Counted from the first letter of the stretch, positions 40,003 through 53,921 are shown. The stretch is DNA of 64,000 nt from Octopus vulgaris (GCA_951406725.2 OX597828.1:58652001-58716000), one strand, 5' to 3'. Notes: generated by a model from the letters alone, not told the origin. Translations and numbers: made by a program.

Positions 40003-40693
40003 ACCATATTTTTTTTAATCTCTTGCTTAATGATTGATGAATAGGGAATTGAATATCTGGTTTGATTGATGTGAAAGATCAAATATTTTGAAATAAGGCT
40101 ATCTATCGTTTCTACGAAGGATAGCTTTGTTGTTATTTAACTGAATGGCAATGATAGTGCCAAATGAGGAGCATCATACGTGTTGCTTATAAATCTGAAG
40201 AACTCCTTTGTCGTTGCTTAACCCTAGTTGGCCATTTTGGAGGCTCTCTCGGTTACGAAATAAAATAGCTTTTCAATCGTGTCTAATTAGTTTACGTGTC
40301 AAGTCCAACCTACATATATCAGAATTGGGCCCCTGGACCCATGAGAGCCCCGAGCAACAGCATCGGTCAAGCCTGGTTGTTTTCATGATTAAAGCAAACT
40401 TTATAGTATCTTTTTTCTTATAGGTACCCGCTTCATCAGTTTGACAATTGACACTTTTCGTTTATTCTGGTATTAAATAAAGGTAACTTTTTATCTGTGA
40501 GACTCTGATTATAGTGAAATGGAGCTATAAAATAGAATTAATAAATCGTATTGCTGAGATATAGTAGTGCTTAAAGTAAATAACAAATCCCTATGGTTTA
40601 GGGGAAACGTGAAAACAATTTTTTTTCGTTTTTGTCAGGAGCAATGTTATTTTTACATTTATTTGTCACAGTATTTTCTCTAATCCATTAAAT

Positions 40694-41190
40694 CAGCGGT
40701 TCACAAACTTTGTCATGCGTAGAAAACTTATGTAATTTTTTTTAGACAATCACGGATCCATGTTTTTATTCTAAAGACAATTCCCGCCATCTAATTTTAA
40801 TAAGACATAGAACAAAAATTAATTTAGAAAAATAATTTAATCAGTAAAATAAAAAAAAAGGGCTCACTTGGCGGAGATGTAGACGGAACCCTTCCCCCCT
40901 TTTAAAAAAAAACAAACTTTTCTACGGAATCCCACGTATGGAGATTCCGATTCTGAAAATAAATTTTCAAAAATCGCAACTTTTTGAAATTTTTTTTTCC
41001 GAATCGGAATCTCCATAGCCTAAAACATGGGATTCCGTAAAAAGAAAAAAAATTAAAAGGGGAGAAGGGTTCCGTTTACAAAAAGAAGCCAACTTGTACT
41101 TTGCAAGTTGTGAGTAGCATTTATTTTATAAAACCATTGTTAAATTTTATAAAAATACACATTTTTCACGGATCCTTGTTTGAGAAACTG
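40694..41190. mobile_element. hAT/Charlie-like MITE containing a nested palindromic MITE (about 40862-41090)
   Basis: Outer TIR cagcggttcacaaac / gtttgagaaactg; inner inverted repeat gtagacggaacccttc...ggaatccc / gggattccg...gaagggttccgtttac. Confidence 0.6.
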
Positions 41191-41629
41191 CTTCAAACGA
41201 GTGGGTTTCCTGTCTTTATAATAGAGTAGTGTTTTATGTTTGAGATGATTTGGACCAAATTCGGCAGATCCATGTGTGTGTTTGTGGGCGTACACACACA
41301 TCGATATATATGTATACACACTATCACACACACACACACACACAGAGGTAATTTAAACTAGGTCTCAAAACTGATATTTAAAAAAAATATCTACTGCCTT
41401 CCTATCTATGCATACTTGTGTGAGTGTACGGTAAATAGATTTAGTATTTCTAAATGAAATTCTACTCCTGCTTTTCGTCTTCTGATTTTTCTAGTAAGTT
41501 TACAGTTGCTAATGTGCGTTTTTATCTACTTTTAGATCACACACACACACACACATTTATATATACAGACATACATACACTTAATTTTACTTATTTTGAG
41601 GAATCAGTTTGAACTTACCGCCGATTTTC

Positions 41630-41666
<37 letters not shown>

Positions 41667-42652
41667 CAAATCGATAATAATCTGTTTTTAGAACCTTTAT
41701 TCTTAATAAGAATTATGTATGTACAGGATACTGTTGCGAGTTTGTATCTTAAATGACTTTTTAGGCGAGTTTTTGTTAAAATATCTCCCTTACAAGTTTC
41801 GTCATCTGCAGGTGAGGCTGGAATGTATATCGTCACGTGACTACTTTCGCTTTCGCCAGCCATTTACTTTTGAAAGCTTTTTGTTTTGGCCTTGCTTTTG
41901 TGTGTGCGAGGACAGTGTAGATTGTTGGGGGTTTGTTTAGTTACTTTGTTTTTGTTCTTAGTAACCGTTTGTGTATACTATTGGATAATCTAACATTTAT
42001 TTCAGGACACTCTGTCGTCGAGAGACACTATGTGTAATATATCTCGCCTTCTTTTTAGTTCAAACTGTTCCATTTAGTTGTCACTTGTTTTAGTCTGCAC
42101 TGTTGCTAACTTACCTTGTTTTAAAATTCTCAGTCTGTCTGTCTCTCTCTCTCTCTTGGTATGTAGTAGCAGTTACTTATGTTGACTAATGCTCTGGAGC
42201 CACAATCGCCGTTACTATGACTCACACCCAGTAAACTTAGACACAGTCTTTCCCGTTCTTTTTCTTTGATAAAACTTCGCTTTTATCACCTTTTTTTTCT
42301 TCTTTCAAACTAATTTGTTCTAGATTTTTCTTCTTTCTGCATTGCTATCGAAAACGGAAATAAAACCAGCTTTTTCTTATTGCATAAGTTAACCCAGTTG
42401 TTTTATTTAAAATATTTGAATACGCGCTCGTGCGTTCCATTTCTTTTTACTTGCTTTTAGTCAGTCGGTTACGGACATGCTGGAGCATCGCTTTGAATGA
42501 ATGGTTTAGTCGATAAAATTAACCACAGCACTAGGTTTGTCATTTCTTCACGCGATCACTTTTTACCGATGTGCTAATCAATGGAGACAAACAAACTAAC
42601 ATCGGTTGTTAGATTGTGAGAAACAATTCGAAGTGCGTGCGCACGTACACAC

Positions 42653-42690
<38 letters not shown>

Positions 42691-43269
42691 CGTGTGTGAT
42701 AGTTTCCCACAAAGTTTGATTCTACAAAGTTCGTTCGCAATGTATTGATATTGATCTGCCTGACTTTAGTACTCAAGGTGATTTGTTTAGCTAAAGCAGG
42801 CCCTGACAACTCGAATTACATTGCGGGCCACTTTAATCCCAGAAAGTATTTTGAAGGACGCTTGTATACTGACAGAATTGAAAGCATTTTGCTTTCTCAT
42901 GCTGTAATTGCAATAATGAATGAATGATCGTTGATTCAACATGAAATATTATCATTGCAAAAACAGTAATGTCTTTCTTTTTTACTTTTCATTACAATCT
43001 TTAATTTTTGATAAAATTTTCAAAATGTTTGTTTAATAAACCCATTTCAAGAATGTATCAAGCGGGCCGCAAGATAAAAGTCTGATGATATATATATATA
43101 TATATATATTTTAAAAAGATGTGGAACACGAGTTGTGATATATAAAAAAAGGAAATGAAGAAAATGCTGACAAAATAATTTAAGTAAGGGAGAGTGTATT
43201 TAATTAGGTGAAAGTTCTTTACCGGTTGCGCATTTGTTATGCTTATCAAAAGATATTTTTTTAAGAGAG

Positions 43270-43342
43270 ATAGAGTTCCATTCTGATAGATTTTTTTCTC
43301 TTATCTGATAAGAGAAAAAAATCTATCAGAATGGAACTCTAT
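43270..43342. repeat. Perfect palindrome (36-bp arms, 1-nt loop)
   Basis: atagagttccattctgatagatttttttctcttatc-t-gataagagaaaaaaatctatcagaatggaactctat. Confidence 0.95.
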
Positions 43343-43465
43343 AGAATAAGTACTGGGCTTACAAAGAATAAGTCCCGGGGTCAATTTGCTCGACTAAAGG
43401 TGGTGCTCCAGCATGGCCGCAGTCAAATGACTGAAACAAGTAAAAGAGTAAAGAGTATATATACA

Positions 43466-43652
43466 TAGGGAGAGTTTACGAAAATACAAAAGACGAAGAC
43501 AGGTGGTGAACAAAACAAACAGATGTATTAGTATAACGCTCAGGAATAGAAAAAGTCTTTTATGTTTCGAGCCTATGCTCTTCTACAGAAAGGGATACAG
43601 AAAAAACAAAGAGAACAAAATGTGTATAGTGGCTAACGATCTATCATGGCGA
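43466..43652 (-). mobile_element. Hammerhead-bearing short element, copy 2
   Basis: CUUU-CUGUAGA-A-GAGC-AUAG-GCUC-GAAA-CAUA-AAAG at about 43592-43557; helix III damaged by a CpG-type change. Confidence 0.72.
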
Positions 43653-44546
43653 ATATACACACACATATATATTTTCTATTAAGGCTACCATTGGTTTCAA
43701 GTTAACGAAACCTCAACAGCTATCAACTCCAACACGTGGAACATTGTTCATTTCCATTTTGGATCAAAACACTGTTTTCGCACAGTTTGACAGGAGATGG
43801 TAAAGCAGAGGACGGCATCGAGCTCTTCTGTTTGCTTTGGCATAATTCCTATGACCGGGCACCCTTCCTAATGCCAAGCACTTTACAGAGTGTGGACTGG
43901 ATGCTTTTTTATGTGGCACCAACACCAACAAGAGAAAGGCCCCTCATGTGAAAAGGGAACAGTACTGAGAAAGGTAGCTTTGTGCCAAGTGATGAAAAGT
44001 TAAACTATGATAGAGGAACAGAAACAGGTGTCTTGCCATAGAGGAGATGCATGGCTATCCCAGTCATCGAGGATAGAGAGAGAAAGGAGATAGTGGTGAA
44101 GATGTGACAGGGTGTTTTTATATATATATACATACACATATATCATCATCATCCACTTCAGCAATGTAACGACACGTGTACCATTAGCGATTTCTTCTCC
44201 ATCTTTTCTCCGCTGGTGGCACGTAAAAAGCACCCACTACACTCACGGAGTGGTTGGCGTTAGGAAGGGCATCCAGCTGTAGAAACACTGCCAGATCAGA
44301 CTGGAGCCTGGTGCAGCCTTCTGGCTTCCCAGATCCCCGGTCGAACCGTCCAACCCATGCTAGCATGGAGAACGGACGTTAAAAGACGATGATGAACAAA
44401 GAGCTATGCTTCAGAATGTCAAACTCATTTCACCGAGTGTCAAAAGCGAATACATTTCTTGCACGTGTCCTCGCACTCATTCTTTTTCATTTGACTTGAC
44501 TATATGTGTGTATATATATATTATATATATATAAATATATATATAT

Positions 44547-45310
44547 CATCATCATCATCATCATCATCATCATTTAACGTCCGCTTTCCATGCTAGCATG
44601 GGTTGGACGGTTCAACTGGGGTCTGGGGAGCCCGAAAACTGCACCAGTCCAGTCAGATCTGGCAGTGTTTCTACAGCTGGATGCCCTTCCTAACGCCAAC
44701 CACTCCGAGAGTGTAGTGGGTGATTTTATGTGCCACCGACACAGGTGCCAGACGAGGCTGGCAAACGGCCACGCTCGGATGGTGTTTTTTATGTGCCACC
44801 GACACAGGTGCCAGACGAGGCTGGCAGACGGCCACGCTCGGATGGTGTTTTTATGTGCCACCGACACAGGTGCCAGATGAGGCTGGCAAAACGGCCACGA
44901 TCGGATGGTGCTTGTTACGTGCCCACAGCACGGAGGCCAGTTGATGCGGTACTGGCTACGGCCACGTTCGGATGGTTTTCCTGTGTGCCACGTGCCACCG
45001 GCACTGGTACCACCGGCACTGGTACCACAAGGATACAAATTCCATTGATGTTCATCTATTTTGATTTGTTTTGATTTTCACTTGCCTCAACAGGTCTTCA
45101 CAAGTGTCACAAGAAGGAAGGTATGCACAGGTGGACTGACTACGTCCCAGGTAGGGGCCATGGGTTATGGCCTGACTAGTCTTGCCGGGTCTTCGGATGG
45201 TGTTTTTATGTGCCACCGACACAGGTGCTAGATGAGGCTGGCGAACGGCCACGATCGGATGGTGTTTGTCATGTGCCCACCGCACTGACTACAGCACTGA
45301 TGGATTTCTT
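44547..45310 (-). mobile_element. RTE 3'-UTR copy with tandem units
   Basis: Same family as 21631-22372. Further copies at about 16131-16335(-), 18345-18710(+), 30270-30765(+), 31008-31385(+), 33885-34190(-), 44212-44395(+) and 62370-62710(-). Confidence 0.85.
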
Positions 45311-45349
45311 GTGTGCTAAATATATATATATATATATACACACACACAA

Positions 45350-47095
45350 AGCATGGGGGTTAGCTCACGGGTGATCTAAATTATTAGGTACGCTAGGTAG
45401 TGTTGGTATCAGCAGTGGTAGAAGAGGTGGTATTAGTAATGCTATTGTTGCATCTATTAGTAGTTGTGTTTGCGGTAGGAGTGTTAGTAGTAGAACTATT
45501 TTCAGTAACGGTAACGTTGCCGTTGGTGTTAGTATTAATAGTCCTATTAGTAGTTGAAGTATATGTATTATTTGTTGTAGTGGTTATAGTATTGTTAGTA
45601 TTAGTGTTCCGCTTAGTGTTTGCGTTGGTTTCAGCTGTGCGCCCATTACCCTCTGAGGTGGAGACTATATTATGTATGTTTAAGTTGTTTAAAGTGGTTG
45701 GGCAAGGGGTATTAGATATGTTATTGCGATCAGTGTTAGTGTTTTTGTTGTGTAGGTCTATGGTAGGATTGTATGCATTTAGATAGTAAGAGCTAAGTTT
45801 ACGTTTATTTGATGAGGTAATAATAGATTCTATATTTGGTGTAGATGAATAGGATGATTTCAAAGTGGATCTGTTAAAGATGGAATGGTACTTGTTGTTA
45901 CGTGGGAAATTAGATTCTACTATTTTAAAGAAAGCTTTAGCGAGGCCATTAACGTTTAAAGCAAATGGAGGTGTATTCCAGAGAATAGATCTCCCACTGC
46001 TTTTATTATGCAAGTTTGGGGAGGTGTAATTCCTAGTGAATGTTAGAGGAGAATTGGAAGGTCTAGTATTAGTATTAGTGCTTGTAGATCGAGTGTTATG
46101 CATGTGGGTGCTAGGTGGATGAGATTGTCCAATTGTAGTAGGGGGATTTGAATTTCCAATATTTATGCATATTTGTCTAAAGCTAAGTTTCGAGAGGTGT
46201 TCCTTAAGTCTAGTGTTGGGTATAAATCTAATCTTCTAGGAGAAACCACTAGCAGCTAGAGCTTGGTTATAGTAATTGGTGTATTTATTGAAGATTTCCT
46301 CAGTGGCAGATAGATTGGATATTCTGATGGATATGCCTTTAATTATGCTCTCAAAAGTAGATTTTTGGTGGCTAGATTTTGTGTTGATGTATTCAAGGTA
46401 TTGATTGGGTTTATGATATGGGAAGTATAGCGAAGAGTTTAGATCTGAAGTAATATCTAGAAAATTTGCTTTCCTGTAAGAGTTTTCAAAAAAGACAGAT
46501 AGGTTGAAGTTAGTGAAGAATTTATGTAAGTGTTTTCTAGTTTTTTCTAATGCAGGTTTTGTTAGGCCATTTGTAATTAACAATGCATCATCTCTATATA
46601 AACCCCCTTTGATATGGGGGAATTGTGTATGGAGCTGTTGCAGGAGGTACAATCCGACTAGATCCATGACCTGAGTAGAGTCAGATGAGCCCATGGTTAT
46701 ATCAGAGAAGTTGCTTCTGTTAGCCTTGAGGTTAGCACGGGATCAAAGCTTATTATCGACGGGTATGAGGGTCTGCCTGGCAGATAGAATTACACCAATT
46801 TCTAAGGAGGTTATGTTGGTTTGGTTTTTAGCTAAAGGACGTTTTTAAGGAGGATAGGTAATATAGAGGCGTCATAATTGTTGATGTCAAATTGTAAGAA
46901 AGAGGATGTGTTTTTGTTTTGAAACAGGTAGAACTAGGTGATGACTTTGCATGTGCAGGACCACAAGTTAACATTTAGTTTTTCTCTAATAGAGAGTATG
47001 ACTCTGTCTAGTGTATTTTTGCCGATTCATCCTAAGTCCTATTTGGTGGGGCAGATGAGTCTAATAGAGGGTTTGGTTAAGAAGTCTGGTTAATA
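45350..47095 (-). mobile_element. Decayed Penelope-like element (RT + linker)
   Basis: Fragments MGSSDSTQVMDLVGLYLL, GLYRDD, NFLDIT, YFPYHKPN..YINTKSSH and ILWNTPPF...IFNRSTLKSSYS...NKRKL, with stops and frameshifts; flanked by TA/CA microsatellites. Confidence 0.85.
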
Positions 47096-48415
47096 TAATA
47101 TGTGTGTGTAAGGAATTGTATAATGTGACAGATGATCCAAAATTATTGAGTATTCTCAAAAGAAAAGACGATGTTGTTAAATTCTGGTATTTGAAATTTT
47201 TTATTCTTTAAAATAAAACCATTACAAGTGTTTTGATTAGTAAAAATGATTCTGCAAAGACACAGTATCTATTTCAACACAAATATAAAAATGAAATATG
47301 TTTTTCTCTGTTTTGTTCATGTTAAGTATCTTGTCTGCTGGATTTAGGACAGGACAGCTGCTGTGCTGATGACACTTATTGTGGCAGAAAGCATAGTCCA
47401 TAGCTATCCTCTTGTCCCTAGACAACCTGACTGACTTTTCCTTAATATATCCATTTCAGAGTTTTATTATTATTATCTCCTCTTCTTGTTTGTTGTTGGT
47501 CCAACTTGAAACAATTTGTTCATTTATTCTCTTCTTGAAGGGAAGATAATTTCAATAAATGAAGAATTTATCATGTATGGTATTTAATATATCTTTTTTG
47601 TCTTTCTGTGTATGTATGCTTGTATATATCACTTTGTGTGTGTGTGTGTGTGTGTGTGTGTACAGGCCCTGTAAGAGAAGTGGACTCAACTAGTAGATTA
47701 GGAGCATATGAATATATCTAGGGGCTTTCCCTAAAACAATCCCCTATTTGAATTTTGAGATTACTACCTTTTTCCATTTTATTCCTGTTTGCAAAATTTC
47801 TCTCAGGGCCCGTGTTTGTGTGTGTGTGTGTGTGTTTATTATAAAGTAAAAATATATCACCTTCTTTTCTAAATGATCAGAAATTTCTGGAAATACACAA
47901 TATAAATAATGTTATAATAGATTGGTTGTGCAGAAGGAGAAAGGTAAAAATCATTGATGTAAAAATACAATTGCTGATTAGATAACATTTGTATGAAAAT
48001 GAATACAGACAAGTCACCTAGATAGTAATCAGAGCAGGTAAACCAAGAAAACTTATAGGTGAATAATCTGTATAAATTTAACACAAGTTAATAAATAAGG
48101 TATTACTGAGAAATGTTGAGCTCAACAACGATAATAATAATAATAATTAATTCGTTTATTGGCCACAAGGGCTGACAAAAATTAATTAAAACATAAAGGG
48201 ACAAAACACAGGACGAAAGTTACAAAGGGTTTTGTCCGTTTGCAAAAGTCCGTGTAAAAATTCCAGAGATAACAACGAAAATATAACAATTGAAATTCCC
48301 AATAGGGGGAGGCGCTTCGAAAGGTTACTCGTGGAAAAACCCATAAAAGCTACGGGAGCCTGGTCAAAAGGGGGGTAGAGAGCCCCTTTCTCCTTTTATA
48401 ATAATAATAGGTTAA

Positions 48416-48539
48416 GACTATGTAGGACCGAGGTAACTCATCCAGAAGTTAGTTATACACAAATAAATAGAAGAGTGCCATATCATGTGAAATTGGTTGA
48501 ACGATATTTCGGCATGAGTTACCTCGGTCCAATATAGTC
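48416..48539. mobile_element. 124-bp MITE with TTAA TSD (Kolobok-like termini)
   Basis: ttaa-gactatgtaggaccgaggtaactcat ... atgagttacctcggtccaatatagtc-ttaa. Confidence 0.7.
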
Positions 48540-49780
48540 TTAACAATAAATGAAGTAGACTCACATGTAATAATAATAATGATAATAATTAATAATAATT
48601 AATAATAATACTTTTTAAAGTGGTGGTGGTAGCGGTGGTAGTGACAGCTGTAGTGAAGGCAGCAATGACAACTGTGTCCTATTAATAGCTAATAAGATGG
48701 TGCAATATATATATATCTAGGTTATAGGACTTACAGCCTGTTTAATTTCTTTATCAACTTTGCTCTGTCTAATTCCTTTTCTATATAATTCAGCAAGATA
48801 ATGCTTCTTAAGATTTAGTTTTTGCTACATTCTTACAAAATACATTCAATATATTGAAATTTAAAAAAAGTAAAAAATGGGGATCGAGTGAAAATCACAT
48901 ACTGAGGAGTTGAGTTGACACCTCAACATGATTTTTAATTCTTTGCAGAAATAATGAGTAGAATTATTATTCAAACAGGATTTAAGATAGTATTTTAAAC
49001 TTTTTTTGTTTTTTTTATAAGTATTTGTTAATTTGACTTCATGATGCCAAGGCATATAGAAACATAATGAAAATAGAACTTATTGAAATATCAAACTGAA
49101 GAAGGATATAGAAAATTCAGATATTTGGTGTTTATAGAAACAATTTCAATAATTTACACCTGGTTAAATAGATAATACCTGCCTCCCTTTCTTTCTGTAC
49201 GCACATATATATACTCTTTTACTTGTTTCAGTCATTTAGACTGTGGCCATGCTGGGGCTTGAAGGTTTTAGTCAAAGAAATCAATCCCAGGACTAATTAT
49301 TTAAGCCTGGTATTTATTCTATCGGTCTCTTTGGCCAAACCTCTAAGTTACGGGGATGTAAACACACTAACACCAGTTATCAAGTGGAGGTGGAGGACAA
49401 ACACAGATACAAAGACACGCACCCAGTTTCTGTGAACCAAGTCCACTCACAGGGTTTTGGTTGCTCCAAGGCTGTAGTAGAAGACACTTGCCTAAGGTAC
49501 CACACAATGGAACTGAACTTGGAACCATGTGGTTGGGAAGCAAGCTACTTACCACACAACCATACTTATTTTGTTTTCGTTGGCCCTATCAAGGTGAATT
49601 GTAAAATTGTTCTCTTGTAGTATTTGAACTCAAATCATAATGAGATGGTACTAAATGACAGCAAGTCATTTTATTCAGCTCTTTATTAATTGTGCTGGCT
49701 ACAGACTTCATACTAATCGATCTGATTATGCTAGTTTTCTTCCATGAATATCTAATGAAAGTAAAGAGGAACAGAGTTAA

Positions 49781-50001
49781 TTCTTTAGCATTTAAACCAG
49801 TCATATCAAGCCCAAATATTCTACTTCTTTTAAGTTCAAACTGGCCAAATCCAGCCTCTCACACCTACCCTACTATGTCATTCTAAAAGCATACAATCAC
49901 ATCATCGAAATCTTGAAGCTACAAGATATTTCATAATTAATTCAAAGCAATGTGAATAAATAAAGCATTACATTTGACAGAATAATCCGAATACTAAAGG
50001 G
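49781..50001. mobile_element. piggyBac-like MITE
   Basis: Family consensus TTAA + ccctttagcatt...aatgctaaaggg + TTAA; other copies at 60229-60449 and partial ones at about 54440-54830 and 55130-55226. Confidence 0.7.
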
Positions 50002-51789
50002 TTGATGTCCTGATATATTCTGTTGATCATGAGGAAATGAATGATGAAGTTGATCCTGGCAGAATTAGAGCTCTGAAGTAAAAGAGACAATACTAAACTG
50101 CACTAGTCTTGAATATAATGATTTCTAGAGTTAAGAGGAAGCTATAACATTTGTAGGAGGATGTAGTTTAATTAATTAAACTGACTCACTATTTGACTGT
50201 TAGGGTTAGGTTTAGGTACTTTACTGAACCTTGAGAGGAAGCTTTATTATTAGGAAACAAAACTGCACATTATAGACAACCAAATTTTTTGAGCAAATAT
50301 CATAAAGGATTCAGGCATGGTTGTATAGTTAAGAAGTTTGTTTCACAACAACTTGGTTCAAGGTTCAATCTCACTGCTCAGCATTTTGGGTAGACGTCCT
50401 CTGTCGTATCGTCTGGTTGACCAGTGCTTTGGGAATGCAATTTGAATGCTGGAAACTGTGCAGAAGACTGTAATATTTTCCATCACTTAATTGCTTGCTT
50501 TTCTGTGTTTACATGGCTCAGATGAGATTAATTGAGGTAGATTTTTTTCATGGCATGATTGATGTTGGGGGCTTATAGTAGAAGATACTTATCCAAAATG
50601 GGCCTTTGGGTTGAAATGCATAAAAGAATAAATGACTGCACAGTGGGACTGAACTCAAAATCATATGGTTGAAAAGCAAACTTCTTAACCACATAGCCAT
50701 ACTTGAGTCTAATACACACATTGTGTGTGTGTGTGTGTGTGTGTATACATTCATATATATATGTGTGTGTGTATAGTGAAGGCGCATGGCTTATTTGGTT
50801 TATGATTGTTTGATTTCTGGTGGCTGGTTGTGTCCTTAAGCAAGGCAACTTATTTCACTTTATTGCTCCAGCTGCCACTCAGCAGGCAAAAATGAAGTTG
50901 TACCTGTAATTCAAACGGGTCCAGCCTTGTCACATTTTGTGTTGCACTGAATCTCCCCGTGAACTACGTTAAGGGTTTACTTGTCTGTGAAGTACTCAGC
51001 CACTTCCTTGTTAATTTCATGAGCAGGCTGTTCCATTAAAAGTAATGCCCTTTTTACAGTGATAAGAAACAAGTCAGTTCAGACAGGTGAAATTCCTCAC
51101 AGTTCTGATTACATAAAGCAGCTTATACTATAAGCTACGATCAACAGTTGCATGCGCTTCGTTAAACGAGCAGGCTGGCCCCTATGATCAAAGGTGTTTA
51201 AACCATGACTGTATTGTCTTTTTCACGATACCTGGGATTATGTTATTCAATGAGGCTTTCTCTTGTTAAGATAAGATATGATCAAAGGAGATCATGTTGC
51301 TATTTCTAGCAGCTTGAACAACCATGTAAAGGTTCTGTTAATATACATTCTGTGCTAATACTGTCCTGCACAGCTGTGACTGTCGTAATGAATGATATAC
51401 ATTCAATAATTTACATAGACACACGCAAGCATTCACATGTAAACGTCCCTCAGTATCTTAGATCATTCTGGCAGGTGCCCTATAAAGTTGACCCTTATGA
51501 GGCAACACTTTATAATAGTTAAAATACGTCTTGTTGGGCCAGAATGATTTTAATGTAAAGTGAGAAAAATACCAAGTTTTTCGCTTTGTCCGGTTCTACT
51601 ACCTGTACATTAGGTTCACACCCAATGAAATGGCTCGGCTTTATATAGGTATATATAAACAAAGCATTATTGATTTCCTAGGCATGTCTTTTTTTTCTTT
51701 CAAGGACATCCAGTTACGCCATTGAAATGCGCCGTCTTTTTAAATTACTAACACCTTCTGTTCCCAAGCGTCCTACAATACTAACCAGG

Positions 51790-51825
<36 letters not shown>

Positions 51826-52467
51826 CTGCATTCATTTAGGTAGCACATCCTGTATAATCACATATATATATATATGACTGCCTTCTTTCAGTTTCTGTGT
51901 ACCAAATCCACTCAGAAATCTTTAATTTCACGTTCGGTCACATTTTCATATGCTTCACATTCAATTTCTTTTCACCTTATGAAAAATATCTTCGTTATCA
52001 GAATGTTTTGTTTTTTTTTCCTTAGCTGAGTTTCACAATAACACGTTGCTTCGTTAATTCGTAAATAAATATTCAGCAAAAGCCAATGAATTGAGATCGA
52101 CATCTTAACTCAAAACTGAAAAGTAGGACATAGTTTTCACCGCAGCAAACTGCTCCTTGTTCAAAGGAATAAACTTACTGGTTGAAAACTTAGTCGAATT
52201 TATGAAATTAGAAGTTAATAGTCTTGTACTTCTATCACTCTTTCTGCTGTGTCGAACTTAGAATTATTGTTTTGTATGAGAATCTGATAATGTCTCGGTG
52301 AGACCTCATTTCTAATAGGTGTAGGCGTGGTTGTGTAGTAGGATGTTTACTTCCCAATTACATGATTCCGGGTTCAGTTCCACTATGTGGCATCTTGGCA
52401 AATATCTTCTTTGGGCCAGCCAAAGGTTTCTGAGTGCATTTGGTACACAGAAACTGAAAGAAGCCAG

Positions 52468-52508
<41 letters not shown>

Positions 52509-52524
52509 CATACATATGTGTATG

Positions 52525-52566
<42 letters not shown>

Positions 52567-52977
52567 TAGACAGGTTCTGAAGAAGGTGGAGTTTGTTCGT
52601 GTTGGCAAAACATATTATAAAACCAACACCAGTTGTCAAGCAGTGGTGGGGAACAAACACAAAGACACACACACACATATATAATAAAATTGATTAAAAA
52701 AAAAAGTACTGTGAACTTGCCATGTGGAGCAAAAGATCCATTTTGGATATTATTTTCCTTCAGGGTAAAGTTGGAAGGAGGGAAATAAAATGAGAGACCA
52801 TAGGGTTTTACAAAAAAAGAAAAAAATCTGTGTTGCTTATCAACTGTAGCCAGTTTTTTTTTTCTTTTTGTTCATTTTGGTAACTCAGAAGATGTTAAAT
52901 TCTCTTGTCTCTAATTTATTTCTCTCCTTTCAACTTTTCCTTGACACTGGATTCTATCCAAAATGTTGGACAGAATC

Positions 52978-53088
52978 CAACACTCAGGAAGTGAAAAAGT
53001 CTTACGTTTCGAGCCTACACTCTTCCACAGAAAGAAACAAGGAGAGAAAAAAAAATGTGTGTAGTGGCTACTGATCTATCATGGCGAC
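52978..53088 (-). mobile_element. Hammerhead-bearing short element, copy 3 (partial)
   Basis: CUGUGGA-A-GAGU-GUAG-GCUC-GAAA-CGUA at about 53034-53000; helix I shortened. Confidence 0.68.
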
Positions 53089-53123
<35 letters not shown>

Positions 53124-53337
53124 TTGTGTGTTTGTGTTTGTCCCCCCACCATCGTTTGACAACTGATGTTGGTATGTTTACATCCCATAACTTAATGGTT
53201 CGGCCAAAAAGACTGATAGAATAAGTACTAGACTTACAAAGATTAAGTCCTGGGGTCGATTTGTTCGACTAAAAGGCAGTGTTCCAGCATGGCCACAGTC
53301 AAATAACTGAAACAAGTAAAAAGTAAAAAAAATATAT

Positions 53338-53722
53338 AGTGTGGTAAGTAGCTTGCTTACCAACCACATGGTTCCGGGTTCATTCCCACTGCGTGGCACC
53401 TTGGGCAAGTGTCTTCTACTATAGCCTTGGGCCAACCAAAGCCTTGTGAGTGGATTTGGTAGACGGAAACTGAAAGAAGCCGGTCGTGTGTGTGTATATA
53501 TATATATGTATGTGTGTATATATTTGTGTGTCTGTGTTTGTCCCCCCACCATTGCTTGACAACCGATGGTGGTGTGTTTATGTCCATGTAACTTAGTGGT
53601 TCAGCAAAAGAGACTGATAGAATAAGTACTAGGCTTCCAAAGAATAAGTCCTAGGGTCGATTTACTCGACTTAAAGGTGGTGCTCCAGCATGGCCGCAGT
53701 CAAATGACTGAAACAAGTAAAA
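53338..53722 (+). mobile_element. tRNA-derived SINE family A
   Basis: gtgtggtaagtagcttgcttaccaaccacatggttccgggttc...gactgaaacaagtaaaa; preceded by another 3' half at 53120-53325. Confidence 0.85.
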
Positions 53723-53921
53723 TAGTAGGTGTGTGACTTTGTGTTTGTTCCTCATCGCTGCTGGGTGGCCATTTCGGTGACCTCATAAGAGTAATGTGAT
53801 TTGTTAGGCACACCCAAACAACACGTTGGTTCAAACAGCCATTGTAACCAGTAACTTTACTACTTTATTCCTATTTAACAGTGCCTTTCATCCTTCTGCT
53901 TAACAAGCTATACAAATATCA

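Noticed and set aside
41727-41811. Plus-strand cag|...cag|gtgagg mini-exon
   Set aside because: Weak pyrimidine tract; its phase-0 end is incompatible with exon 2.
53338-53410. tRNA-like A/B boxes at many SINE heads
   Set aside because: No complete cloverleaf and continuous with SINE bodies; not tRNA genes.
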